Origin: an uncultured Tissierellia bacterium
Lineage (GTDB): Bacteria; Bacillota; Clostridia; Tissierellales; Peptoniphilaceae
Length of the DNA stretch: 64,000 nucleotides
Direction of reading: 5' to 3'
NCBI GenBank assembly: GCA_937923265.1
Contig: CALAJY010000050.1
Coordinates: 4,938 to 68,937 of the forward strand
Both the position numbers and the translations under genes were made by a program. The stretch's first letter is position 1; every line of letters begins with the position of its first letter. Positions 26,933 through 36,423 of this stretch are shown piece by piece. The notes under the pieces are model-generated. The model was not told the origin of the DNA, searched no databases, and saw only the letters and a program-made list of their open reading frames with translations.

Positions 26933-28780
26933 ATGGGAAAGATTATTGGAATCGACTTAGGAACAACGAACTCGGCAGTCGCCGTTATGGAAGGTGGAAA
27001 GCCCACCATCGTAGCAAATGTAGAAGGAAATCGGACCACGCCCTCTGTTGTGGCTTTCACGAAAGACGGAGAAAGACTTGTGGGGGAAACCGCAAAGCGC
27101 CAGGCGATCATGAACCCCGATCGGACGATTGCCTCCATCAAGAGAGACATGGGAACAAGTCGGAAGGTGACGATTGACGGAAAGAGCTATTCTCCCGAAG
27201 AAATTTCCGCGATGATTTTGCAAAAGCTGAAATCCGATACGGAGAGCTATCTGGGAGAGACCGTGACGGAAGCGGTCATCACGGTGCCCGCCTACTTTAC
27301 GGATGCACAGCGGCAGGCAACCAAGGATGCCGGAAAAATCGCGGGCCTGGAAGTAAAGCGAATTATCAACGAGCCGACGGCGGCAGCCCTTGCCTACGGA
27401 GCGGACAAGGAAGAGGACCAGTCCAAGATCATGGTCTATGACCTTGGCGGTGGTACCTTCGATGTATCGATCTTGGAAGTTGGAGACGGCGTTTTCGAGG
27501 TGCTCGCAACCCGCGGAAACAACCGCTTGGGTGGCGATGACTTCGACAATGTGGTCATGAACTACGTGGCCGATGAATTTATGAAAGAGAACGGAGTGGA
27601 CCTGCGCAAGGATCCGACGTCCGACCAGCGTTTAAAAGACGCCAGTGAGAAGGCGAAGAAGGAATTGTCCTCCGCGATGACCACGAATATCAACTTGCCC
27701 TTTATCACCGCAGTCAATGGACAGCCGGTCCACCTGAACATGGACCTCACCCGGGCAAAGTTTGATGAACTCACCGCTGACTTGGTGAAGAAGACCGAGG
27801 GCCCTGTCAATGAAGCCCTGAAAGATGCGGGCCTGCAGGCCTCGGACCTGAACAAGGTGCTCCTTGTTGGAGGGTCCACCCGTATTCCTGCGGTCCAGGA
27901 ATCGGTTCGCAAGTTGACCGGGAAGAACCCGCAGAAGGATATCAACCCGGATGAGTGTGTCGCCCTAGGTGCTGCCATTCAGGGTGGAGTACTGACCGGA
28001 GAAGTGAAAGACCTCCTGCTTTTGGATGTGACTCCCTTGTCCCTGGGCTTGGAAACCCTGGGTGGTGTGACAACTGTTCTGATTCCCAGAAACACCACGA
28101 TTCCCACCAAGAAGAGCCAGATTTTTACGACGGCAGCGGACAACCAAACTTCTGTGGATATCCACGTTCTGCAGGGTGAGCGGGAGATGGCGGCGGACAA
28201 CACGACCTTAGGCCGTTTCCAGCTGTCCGGTATTCCCGCGGCTCGTCGTGGCGTTCCTCAAATCGAGGTCACCTTCGATATTGACGCCAACGGTATTGTC
28301 AATGTCAGTGCAAAGGATAAGGGAACCGGTAAGGAGCAGAAGATTACCATCACTTCCTCCACCAACCTCTCCGAGGACGAAATCAACCGCCGTGTTCAGG
28401 AAGCGGAGCAATACGCGGAAGAGGATAAAAAGAAGAAGGAGCTGATCGAGGCACGGAACCAGGCGGAAACCATTATCTACCAGACGGAGAGCACCCTGAA
28501 AGAACTTGGCGACAAGGTCGATGAAGGGGACAAGAAGAAGGTGGAAGACAAGCTAACCCAGCTGAAGGATGTGAAGGATTCCGATAACCTGGAGGAAATC
28601 AAGAAACGCCTGGAAGCGGTAACCACCGAGTTGAACAATCTCTCCCAGAAGCTCTATCAGCAGAATGGAGCCCAGCCCGGAGCAGAGGGTCAGGCGCAAG
28701 GTCAGGCCAAGAGTGACGATGATGTAGTCGATGCCGATTACGAGGTCGTGGATGACGATGACGAGGAAAACCGCAAGTAG
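26933..28780 (+). CDS. dnaK: Molecular chaperone DnaK (Hsp70)
   Basis: [39 protein letters not shown]. 615 aa. Confidence 0.97.
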   Translation: MGKIIGIDLGTTNSAVAVMEGGKPTIVANVEGNRTTPSVVAFTKDGERLVGETAKRQAIMNPDRTIASIKRDMGTSRKVTIDGKSYSPEEISAMILQKLKSDTESYLGETVTEAVITVPAYFTDAQRQATKDAGKIAGLEVKRIINEPTAAALAYGADKEEDQSKIMVYDLGGGTFDVSILEVGDGVFEVLATRGNNRLGGDDFDNVVMNYVADEFMKENGVDLRKDPTSDQRLKDASEKAKKELSSAMTTNINLPFITAVNGQPVHLNMDLTRAKFDELTADLVKKTEGPVNEALKDAGLQASDLNKVLLVGGSTRIPAVQESVRKLTGKNPQKDINPDECVALGAAIQGGVLTGEVKDLLLLDVTPLSLGLETLGGVTTVLIPRNTTIPTKKSQIFTTAADNQTSVDIHVLQGEREMAADNTTLGRFQLSGIPAARRGVPQIEVTFDIDANGIVNVSAKDKGTGKEQKITITSSTNLSEDEINRRVQEAEQYAEEDKKKKELIEARNQAETIIYQTESTLKELGDKVDEGDKKKVEDKLTQLKDVKDSDNLEEIKKRLEAVTTELNNLSQKLYQQNGAQPGAEGQAQGQAKSDDDVVDADYEVVDDDDEENRK

Positions 28781-28794
28781 TCTGAAGAAACGGG

Positions 28795-28820
28795 AAGGGC
28801 GCCGATGGCGCCCTTTTCTT
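28795..28820 (+). terminator. Weak or partial terminator between dnaK and dnaJ
   Basis: Hairpin aagggcgcc/ggcgccctt with loop gat, followed by an interrupted T tract (ttctt). Confidence 0.45.
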
Positions 28821-28920
28821 ATGGGCAGACTTCGAGTACAATAAACTGTTGAATGTCACGAAGAGAGTGTGGTTTCATGCTCTCTTCGATCTGTTATAGA
28901 AGCAGGGAAAGGAGAGCGGT

Positions 28921-30054
28921 ATGAAGGATCCCTATGAAGTATTGGGCGTAGAACGCAATGCCGATCTTAATGAGATTAAAAGGGCCTATCGGAAAAAGGC
29001 CAAGCAGTATCACCCCGATCTAAATCCGGGGGATGAGGAAGCTGCGGAACATTTCAAGGAATTATCGGAGGCCTACTCCATTCTTCAGGACAGTGAGAAA
29101 CGGCAGATGTATGACACCTATGGGGCAGCGGCCTTTGAGAATGGAGGCATGGGACAGGGTTCCGGCTTTGGCGGTTTTGGCTTCGATATGAACGACATCT
29201 TCGGAGACATTTTCGGAGACCTCTTCGGGGGAGGAAGAAGCCGCACCAACGCCGGTCGACGAGGACCGCAACGAGGGGCGGACATCCAGGTTGAGATCTC
29301 CCTCACTTTTAAGGAAGCGGTCTTTGGTTGCAAGAAGAAGATTAAACTAAAGCGGGAGGAGGACTGCTCGGTCTGCCACGGTACGGGGGCCGAAGAAGGC
29401 AGCGAGCGAAAGACCTGTCCCCGCTGCCACGGAAGTGGAATGATCAGTCAGGAGACCCGATCCCCCTTTGGGCGGATGATTAACCAGACAATTTGTCCGG
29501 ACTGCCGGGGTGAAGGCACGATTCTGGAGCATCCCTGCAAGAAGTGTGGAGGGAGCGGAAGAGAGAAGAAGCAGGCTACCCTCAGCCTGGAGATTCCGGC
29601 AGGAGTGGACGATGGCAATATCATGACCCTGCGGGGCGAAGGCCATCGCGGTCGTAAGGGGGGCAGCCCCGGAGATGTGCATGTGATTTTCCGTGTGGAG
29701 GCTTCGAAGTTCTACCAACGGCACGGCAAGGATCTCTACTTTGAAATGCCACTTTCCTTTGTCCAGGCGGCCCTGGGAGACACGGTCCAGGTTCCCACGC
29801 TGGAAGGAAAAGAGGACTTTAAGATTCCGGCGGGAACCCAGACGGGAACCGACTTTACGTTAAAGGGAAGAGGCGTCGAAGACGTACGAGGAGGGAAGCG
29901 GGGAAACCTCTACTTCCGTGTAAAATTAGAGACGCCCACCCACTTAACGGATAAACAGAAAAAGGCCATGCGCGCTTTTGGAGACAGCATGGGAGAAGAG
30001 GTTACGGAGTCGGAAAAAAACTTCTTCGAAAAAGTAAAGGATTTATTTGACTAA
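28921..30054 (+). CDS. dnaJ: Co-chaperone DnaJ
   Basis: J domain with HPD (KQYHPDLNP), a G/F-rich region, and four CxxCxGxG zinc-finger repeats. Confidence 0.95.
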   Translation: MKDPYEVLGVERNADLNEIKRAYRKKAKQYHPDLNPGDEEAAEHFKELSEAYSILQDSEKRQMYDTYGAAAFENGGMGQGSGFGGFGFDMNDIFGDIFGDLFGGGRSRTNAGRRGPQRGADIQVEISLTFKEAVFGCKKKIKLKREEDCSVCHGTGAEEGSERKTCPRCHGSGMISQETRSPFGRMINQTICPDCRGEGTILEHPCKKCGGSGREKKQATLSLEIPAGVDDGNIMTLRGEGHRGRKGGSPGDVHVIFRVEASKFYQRHGKDLYFEMPLSFVQAALGDTVQVPTLEGKEDFKIPAGTQTGTDFTLKGRGVEDVRGGKRGNLYFRVKLETPTHLTDKQKKAMRAFGDSMGEEVTESEKNFFEKVKDLFD

Positions 30055-31016
30055 TGGAACACAATTTTTTGGAACTTACCATTGCCTATTCCCGCGATTT
30101 GGATGAAGAGGTGAACACGCTTCTCGCCAAGTCGGAGATTTTAGGGACGGAGGTGGTGGATTCCCACACCATCAAGGACTACGAGGAGAGACAACCCGAA
30201 TGGGAACTCGCCGATGAAGGAGAACTGCTGGACGGACAGAAGGCGCTCCTCTCCGAGGATTTAGACGAGAATTCTCTCGCGCAGAAGGTGTATTTTGAGG
30301 ATTCCTCCCGGGGAGGCCTGGCGATGGAGAAATTGGAACGGACCTTCTATGAGCGCTACGGTGGGGAGATCCAAATCATGGGGGAAGACCGGGTGGTGAA
30401 TGATCACTGGGACCGAGAATGGAAAAAATTCTATCACCCCATCAACGTGGGAGAGGGAATTCAAATTCTTCCCGCCTGGGAACAGGCAGATTCCGGGGAC
30501 CGGGAGGTCATTCGGATAAATCCCGGAATGGCCTTCGGAACGGGAAGCCATGAGACCACCACCCTTTGTCTTCGCATCTTAGAGAAAGAGACTCTACAGG
30601 ACAAGGAATGCCTGGACCTCGGCTGTGGTTCGGGAATCCTTGGGGTTTACATGAAAAAAAGGGGAGCCCAATCGGTTCTGGGGGCAGACCTCGATGAGGA
30701 TGCCCTACAATCTGCTCGGGAAAATGCTAAAGGCAACGGGGTAGAGATTTCCTTTCAAAGTTCCGATCTTTTCTCCACGATTTCCGGAAGCTATGACCTG
30801 ATCTGTGCCAATCTGCTGGCGGTTCTCCTTCTTCGAATGCTGCCGGAGACGGGGAATCATCTGAAAACCGGTGGACGGTTGATTCTTTCAGGAATTCTCG
30901 CCGAGAAAAAAGAGGAAGTGTTGGAAGCCCTTGAAGAAAATGGCTTTGCGACCCTGCAGATCCTGCAAGACGGAGAGTGGGTTGCGATGGAAGCAAAGAG
31001 AAAGGATGATCAATGA
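30054..31016 (+). CDS. prmA: Ribosomal protein L11 methyltransferase PrmA
   Basis: INPGMAFGTGSHETT and SAM motif LDLGCGSGILG. TAATG overlap with dnaJ. Confidence 0.9.
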   Translation: MEHNFLELTIAYSRDLDEEVNTLLAKSEILGTEVVDSHTIKDYEERQPEWELADEGELLDGQKALLSEDLDENSLAQKVYFEDSSRGGLAMEKLERTFYERYGGEIQIMGEDRVVNDHWDREWKKFYHPINVGEGIQILPAWEQADSGDREVIRINPGMAFGTGSHETTTLCLRILEKETLQDKECLDLGCGSGILGVYMKKRGAQSVLGADLDEDALQSARENAKGNGVEISFQSSDLFSTISGSYDLICANLLAVLLLRMLPETGNHLKTGGRLILSGILAEKKEEVLEALEENGFATLQILQDGEWVAMEAKRKDDQ

Positions 31017-32335
31017 AAGTCGCATTTCGCACATTGGGCTGCAAAGTGAATCAATATGAAACCGAGGCCATGCGCGAATTGTTTGTCCGTCAGGGCTATG
31101 AGATCACGCGGTCCTTGGAAGACTGTGACGTCTATGTGGTGAATACCTGTACGGTGACACACATGTCCGATTCCAAGAGTCGACAGACCATTCGGCGTAT
31201 CAAGAAAAATAATCCGGATGCGGTGGTCTGCGTGGTGGGTTGCTATTCCCAGGTGGCCCCGGAGGAGATTGAGGCTATTGACAATGTGGATATAATTATA
31301 GGTACAAAAGGTCGTGCCCAACTTCCCGATCTGGTTCGACAGTTTCGCCTGGATGGGAAGCGGAGAGTGGAGATTCGTGATCTGGAAGAGGACCGGGCTT
31401 TTGATGAGTTAACCATCCACACGGAATTTGAGAACACCCGTGCCTATATTAAGATTCAGGAAGGCTGCGATATGTATTGCAGTTACTGCATCATTCCCTA
31501 TTCTCGGGGACATATCGCCTCTCGCCGTGCCCGGGCGATTGAAGAGGAAATTCAGTACCTTGTGAAAAAGGGATTCAAGGAAGTGGTGCTCACGGGAATT
31601 CACGTTGCGAGTTATGGGAAAGATCTGGGGGGAGCCTTTGGTCTCATGGAGCTGATCGAGCAGCTGAGCCGGATTTCCGGGTTGGAACGAATTCGACTTT
31701 CCAGCATTGAGCCTCGGTGGGTGACCGAAGACCGGCTGGAACGACTCTCGCAGATTCCTGCTTTTTGTGACCACTTCCACCTCTCTCTCCAGAGTGGATC
31801 GGATCAAATTCTTCGAAGCATGAACCGAAAATATGACACGACGGTGTATCAGGAGCGCGTGGACATGATCCGGCGCTACTTTCCCCACTGTGGAATCACG
31901 ACCGATGTCATCGTCGGCTTTCCGGGAGAGACGGAGAAAGCGTTTCAAGAGACCTTGAAATTCTGTCAAACCATTGGCTTTTCCCGCATTCATATCTTTC
32001 CCTATTCACCCCGTCGCGGAACGCCGGCGGCTCTCTTTACCGGGCAGATTAATCCGGAGGAGAAGAAAAATCGGGTTCATCGCCTGGAAGAACTGGAAGA
32101 ACGCCTGCGGTATGCCTTCCTAGACCGGGAACTCGGACACCGGGAAGAGGTTCTGTTTGAGGAGCTCTCCGGGGACAGCACGTTTATGGAAGGATATACA
32201 AAGAATTACAATCGAGTGAAAATGCCTCGAAAGGATGAATGGATGAACCAAGTTATCCTTTGCGATTTGGTTCGGAGGGAGGGAGATCTGTTGGTTGCCC
32301 AAGAGGTTCCCTCTGGAGAAAGTTCCCATCAATAG
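31013..32335 (+). CDS. mtaB: tRNA (N6-threonylcarbamoyladenosine-37) methylthiotransferase MtaB (MiaB-like)
   Basis: N-terminal UPF0004 Cys triad (LGCKVN...NTCTVT...GCY), radical SAM motif CDMYCSYCIIP, C-terminal TRAM-like region. Confidence 0.85.
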   Translation: MKVAFRTLGCKVNQYETEAMRELFVRQGYEITRSLEDCDVYVVNTCTVTHMSDSKSRQTIRRIKKNNPDAVVCVVGCYSQVAPEEIEAIDNVDIIIGTKGRAQLPDLVRQFRLDGKRRVEIRDLEEDRAFDELTIHTEFENTRAYIKIQEGCDMYCSYCIIPYSRGHIASRRARAIEEEIQYLVKKGFKEVVLTGIHVASYGKDLGGAFGLMELIEQLSRISGLERIRLSSIEPRWVTEDRLERLSQIPAFCDHFHLSLQSGSDQILRSMNRKYDTTVYQERVDMIRRYFPHCGITTDVIVGFPGETEKAFQETLKFCQTIGFSRIHIFPYSPRRGTPAALFTGQINPEEKKNRVHRLEELEERLRYAFLDRELGHREEVLFEELSGDSTFMEGYTKNYNRVKMPRKDEWMNQVILCDLVRREGDLLVAQEVPSGESSHQ

Positions 32336-32371
32336 CTTTCTTTGAAATAATCTTCTGGGAGAAGCGTAGAA

Positions 32372-33409
32372 ATGGAAAAGAAACATTCAGTACGATCCTA
32401 TTTGATTCGGGTGCTCAATGGCATGGCCTGGGGCTTGTTCTCCTCCTTATTGATCGGCCTGATTATCAAGCAGATTGGGGCCTTGGTCCACGTTCCCCTC
32501 TTAATCACGATTGGGACCGTCGCACAGAAGCTGATGGGACCCGCCATCGGCATTGGGGTGGCCTATGTGTTACAGGCACCGGCCCTTGTGGTAATCAGCG
32601 CCACCGTCGTCGGAGCGGTGGGTGCGGGGAGCATCAGTCTCGGTGCCAATGGGGCAGCGATGATCACCACCGGGGAACCGGTGGGAGCCTTTGTGGCAAG
32701 CCTTGTGGGCGCGGAGTTAGGTCGAAGAATTGCGGGAAAGACGCCGATGGATATCATGTTGGTGCCCTTGGTTACGATTTTATCGGGTGGGCTGGTGGGC
32801 CTCTTCATTTCCCCCTATGTCGGAGACATGATGAATGCGCTGGGAGGCTTGATTAACCGGGCAACCGAACTGCAGCCCATTCCCATGGGGATTGCGGTTT
32901 CGGTCCTGATGGGCATCATCTTGACCCTGCCCATATCGAGTGCGGCCCTGTCCATTGCCCTTCATCTGAGCGGCCTGGCTGCGGGAGCTGCCACCATTGG
33001 CTGCTGCTGCAACATGATTGGCTTTGCCGTGATTTCGTATCGGGACAATGGCTTCGGGGGCAGCTTGGCCCAGGGGGTTGGAACGTCGATGTTGCAAATG
33101 CCCAACATCATTCGTAAGCCGATCATTTGGTTGCCGGTCATCCTGTCCTCGGCGGTATTGGGGCCGATTTCCACAGCGCTGTTGGGGATGACCTCCAATG
33201 CTTCTGGGGCGGGAATGGGTACCAGTGGATTTGTGGGACAGTTTGCCATGCTGGATACCATGGGATCATCTCCGGCGGTACTGGTCCAGATGGGGCTCAT
33301 GCATTTTCTTCTCCCCGCCCTTTTGAGCCTGCTCTTTGCCGCCTTTTTTCGGAAAAGAGGATGGATTGCTGCGGGGGACATGACCCTGAATAAAACGTTG
33401 GATCGTTAG
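32372..33409 (+). CDS. PTS EIIC_2-type polytopic membrane protein (orphan putative sugar permease)
   Basis: 345 aa, about 10 hydrophobic segments, Gly-rich. The N-terminus LIRVLNGMAWGLFSSLLIGLIIKQIG resembles the PTS_EIIC_2 family as I remember it. No EIIA or EIIB neighbour. Confidence 0.55.
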   Translation: MEKKHSVRSYLIRVLNGMAWGLFSSLLIGLIIKQIGALVHVPLLITIGTVAQKLMGPAIGIGVAYVLQAPALVVISATVVGAVGAGSISLGANGAAMITTGEPVGAFVASLVGAELGRRIAGKTPMDIMLVPLVTILSGGLVGLFISPYVGDMMNALGGLINRATELQPIPMGIAVSVLMGIILTLPISSAALSIALHLSGLAAGAATIGCCCNMIGFAVISYRDNGFGGSLAQGVGTSMLQMPNIIRKPIIWLPVILSSAVLGPISTALLGMTSNASGAGMGTSGFVGQFAMLDTMGSSPAVLVQMGLMHFLLPALLSLLFAAFFRKRGWIAAGDMTLNKTLDR

Positions 33410-33436
33410 GTCGGCTTTGCCAGGAAAGGAGTAAGG

Positions 33437-33799
33437 ATGTCGGACTGCATTTTTTGTAAATTAGCAAACCATGAGATTCCCACGGAGCGAATCTACGAAG
33501 ATGAAGAGGTTTTCGCCTTTAAGGACCAGGCTCCGAAGGCACCGATTCACTATCTCTTTGTGCCGAAGAAGCATGTGGAAAGTGCCAACGCCCTGAAAGA
33601 CGATGCGACGATTGTTGCGAAGATTTTCCAAGCCATCGCAAAGGTTGCGGAACGAGATGGCTTTGCCCAAAAGGGCTATCGGGTGATCAACAACTGCGGC
33701 GACGACGGCGGTCAATCGGTTCATCACCTGCATTTTCACGTGTTGGCGGGCGAGCCAATTCGTTTTCCCTCTTTTGATGAGGAAGAAAACAATAAGTAG
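33437..33799 (+). CDS. HIT-family (Hint-like) nucleotide hydrolase
   Basis: Histidine triad GGQSVHHLHFHVL. N-terminal CIFCKL. 120 aa. Confidence 0.9.
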   Translation: MSDCIFCKLANHEIPTERIYEDEEVFAFKDQAPKAPIHYLFVPKKHVESANALKDDATIVAKIFQAIAKVAERDGFAQKGYRVINNCGDDGGQSVHHLHFHVLAGEPIRFPSFDEEENNK

Positions 33800-33817
33800 A
33801 AATTTATGCGTTAATTT

Positions 33818-33846
33818 TTGCAGCTTTTTCTCTTTTCTGGTATACT
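33818..33846 (+). promoter_or_regulatory. Sigma-A promoter with extended -10 for rpsU
   Basis: TTGCAG (33818-33823), a 17-nt spacer, then TGgTATACT ending at 33846. Confidence 0.55.
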
Positions 33847-33886
33847 AGTCAGGACATTGAGTCTATGACTCCGAGGGGGTGAAGAA

Positions 33887-34066
33887 ATGACAGAGATTCG
33901 CGTGGGAGAAAACGAGTCAATCGATAGTGCTCTCAAGCGTTTTAAGCGTCAATGCGCTCGTGCGGGCGTACTTGCCGAATATAGAAAACGTGAACACTAC
34001 GAGAAGCCGTCCATCAAGAGAAAGAAGAAGTCGGAAGCGGCTCGTCGTAAGAATCGCAAAAGATAG
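33887..34066 (+). CDS. rpsU: 30S ribosomal protein S21
   Basis: 59-aa product [59 protein letters not shown] is a canonical S21. SD gaggggg upstream. Absent from the ORF track because it is under 60 aa. Confidence 0.92.
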   Translation: MTEIRVGENESIDSALKRFKRQCARAGVLAEYRKREHYEKPSIKRKKKSEAARRKNRKR

Positions 34067-34081
34067 TTTTTATTACTAAAG

Positions 34082-34110
34082 AAGCTAGTGCCCAGGCACC
34101 GGCTTTTTTT
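34082..34110 (+). terminator. Probable terminator after rpsU
   Basis: Short imperfect hairpin (aagc..gtgc/gcac..gctt) followed by T7. Confidence 0.45.
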
Positions 34111-34169
34111 GTGGGAATATACATTTCGGTCTTTCTGGGTATCAATGTGGCAATAGGAAGGAGGAGGCC

Positions 34170-34796
34170 ATGAGTTTATCATTGCTTTCCACAATCTTGC
34201 TCATCGTCTGTTTTGCACTTGTTGTGCTTGCCCTCTTCTTGCCCAAGGCTAGAGGCACGGCGATACTAGCGGGTCTGAGCCTGATTGCATATCTAACCGT
34301 CGGTTACCGGGCAGGGAATGCCGGTATCTTGGAGATTTTCATCCTCCTCTGTGGGGTTTTCTTACTCTTCTTGGAGGCGGCGGTCTCCGGTTTCGGCTTA
34401 TTGGGAATTACCGGCCTGGGGCTCCTTTCTTTTGGGATTGTGAGCTCGGGGGAATCCCTGCAAACCGGCTTTGTTTCCCTGCTGAGCTCCTTTGGAATCG
34501 CCGTGGCCTTAGCTGCTTTATTGTTTAGAGCGGGCTACCGATCTCCTCTGCTGGAAAAGTCAATCTTAGAGGACCGGATGACCGCAGAGGAGGGTTTTCT
34601 TGCTCGAGAGAACCCAAAACACCTGCTGGGAAAAACGGGAATTGCCCGCACCATCTTGCGGCCCAGCGGAATGATTGAGATTGAAGGCAAGCGGTATGAC
34701 GCCTTAACTTCCGGGGAATTTATCGAGAAGGGGGCTTCTATCTGTGTGGATCGGGTGGAAGCGGGAAAAATTTACGTGAGGAGGAACCTATGCTAG
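34170..34796 (+). CDS. NfeD-family membrane protein (YqeZ-like, no protease domain)
   Basis: Four to five N-terminal TM segments plus a C-terminal NfeD OB-fold, [37 protein letters not shown]. Overlaps the floA start. Confidence 0.8.
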   Translation: MSLSLLSTILLIVCFALVVLALFLPKARGTAILAGLSLIAYLTVGYRAGNAGILEIFILLCGVFLLFLEAAVSGFGLLGITGLGLLSFGIVSSGESLQTGFVSLLSSFGIAVALAALLFRAGYRSPLLEKSILEDRMTAEEGFLARENPKHLLGKTGIARTILRPSGMIEIEGKRYDALTSGEFIEKGASICVDRVEAGKIYVRRNLC

Positions 34797-35797
34797 ATTT
34801 TTTATTTGACGGGGGATCGGTTATCGTTTTGGTCATTCTCGTAGTGGTGGCCTTGTCCATATTCTTTAGTTTTTTCCCTCTTGGGCTGTGGATTACCGCC
34901 CACTTTTCGGGGGTCAAGGTTAAGATTTCAGAGCTCATTGGCATGCGGCTACGCCGAGTAAAACCGGCTATGATTATCAACCCCATGATTAAAGCGACGA
35001 AAGCGGGCCTGGACCTGAAGCTCAATGAGCTGGAAGCCCACTATCTGGCGGGCGGAAATATCAACGCGGTGGTAAATGCCCTGATTGCCGCACAAAGGGC
35101 CAATATTGATCTGAGTTTTAAGCAGGCAGCGGCGATTGATCTGGCAGGCCGAAACGTGTTTGAAGCGGTCCAGGTTTCGGTCAACCCCAAGGTGATCGAA
35201 ACGCCGGAAATCACTGCCGTGGCAAAGAACGGCATTGAGGTTCGTGCCAAAGCAAAGGTTACGGTGCGTGCCAACATTGACCGTCTGGTCGGCGGAGCGG
35301 GAGAAGAGACCATTATCGCCCGTGTCGGAGAGGGAATTGTCACAACGGTGGGTTCGGCGGCCTCGCATTCCCAGGTTTTGGAGAATCCGGATTCGATCTC
35401 GAAGACGGTCCTGGAAAAGGGGTTGGATTCGGGAACCGCTTTTGAGATCCTCTCCATAGATATTGCGGATGTGGATATCGGCCGCAACGTGGGAGCAAAG
35501 CTGCAGACGGAGCAGGCAGAAGCGGATAAGCAGATCTCGCAAGCAAAAGCGGAGGAGCGCCGTGCACAGGCTGTGGCTTCCGAGCAGGAGATGATAGCGG
35601 AGATTCGTCGCCAGCGGGCAAAGGTCGTGGAAGCGGAGGCAGAGGTGCCCATGGCACTGGCCGAGGCGCTTCGATCCGGAAATCTCGGTGCCATGGACTA
35701 CTATAATATGAAAAATATCATCTCCGACACGAAGATGAGAGAATCTCTGGCCGGAGATCGGGTGGAGAACCTGCAGGATGATAAGGATCAACAGTAA
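34790..35797 (+). CDS. floA: Flotillin-like protein FloA (UPF0365/YqfA family)
   Basis: N-terminal TM, then [26 protein letters not shown] and [21 protein letters not shown], typical of FloA. SPFH-type Ala/Glu-rich C-terminus. Confidence 0.9.
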   Translation: MLDFLFDGGSVIVLVILVVVALSIFFSFFPLGLWITAHFSGVKVKISELIGMRLRRVKPAMIINPMIKATKAGLDLKLNELEAHYLAGGNINAVVNALIAAQRANIDLSFKQAAAIDLAGRNVFEAVQVSVNPKVIETPEITAVAKNGIEVRAKAKVTVRANIDRLVGGAGEETIIARVGEGIVTTVGSAASHSQVLENPDSISKTVLEKGLDSGTAFEILSIDIADVDIGRNVGAKLQTEQAEADKQISQAKAEERRAQAVASEQEMIAEIRRQRAKVVEAEAEVPMALAEALRSGNLGAMDYYNMKNIISDTKMRESLAGDRVENLQDDKDQQ

Positions 35798-35815
35798 GCG
35801 GAGAGGCGGTTCATT

Positions 35816-36406
35816 ATGACGGGTAGCCAAAAGGACTTTAAATCCGTTACGCGGGAACAGCGCCGGCAGTTGATGGAACAAAAAGTACGATCCCTTCATG
35901 AGCGAAAGAACTTGAAGTATCCCAAGCAGAATGGGAGGAAGGAAGAAAATCTCAATTTGTTTTATGCCAAGGAAGGGGAGGAAGATCTCCTTTCCCTTCT
36001 CAACCGGCTCTTCTTTGGGACGGCTTCCATGAAGCGGCCGATCTCGGGGGGGGAAGGAACAAAGGGAACACCGAATCATGATCCCGGGAAGGCGCCCGTT
36101 CGGGAACGTCCCAAATGGAAGCTTTCCATTGCACAGAAAAGAACCCTTGTGGAGGAATCCGGCTACTGTCAGGAGACCCGCGAAAGCCGGCTGCTGGGGG
36201 AAGAGGAACAGAGAGCCTTTGAAACCCGCGTGAATACAGAAGTCCAAAGAAGGCAAGAAAAAAGTATTCGGAATATTTCCCATGAAAAGGATTCACGTGT
36301 TATAATCCAAAATGTACGTGAGCTTTCCAAGCAAGAGAAGAAACGAGTAATTCGGTCGGCCATGCTCTGGAAAGAAATCTTAGGGCCGCCGAAAGCAAGA
36401 AGATAG
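35816..36406 (+). CDS. Hypothetical highly charged (K/R/E-rich) protein, third gene of the nfeD-floA cluster
   Basis: 196-aa ORF with a modest SD and no motif I recognise. It occupies the position that yqfB holds downstream of yqfA in B. subtilis. Confidence 0.5.
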   Translation: MTGSQKDFKSVTREQRRQLMEQKVRSLHERKNLKYPKQNGRKEENLNLFYAKEGEEDLLSLLNRLFFGTASMKRPISGGEGTKGTPNHDPGKAPVRERPKWKLSIAQKRTLVEESGYCQETRESRLLGEEEQRAFETRVNTEVQRRQEKSIRNISHEKDSRVIIQNVRELSKQEKKRVIRSAMLWKEILGPPKARR

Positions 36407-36423
36407 AACCTAAAGGAGGTCTC

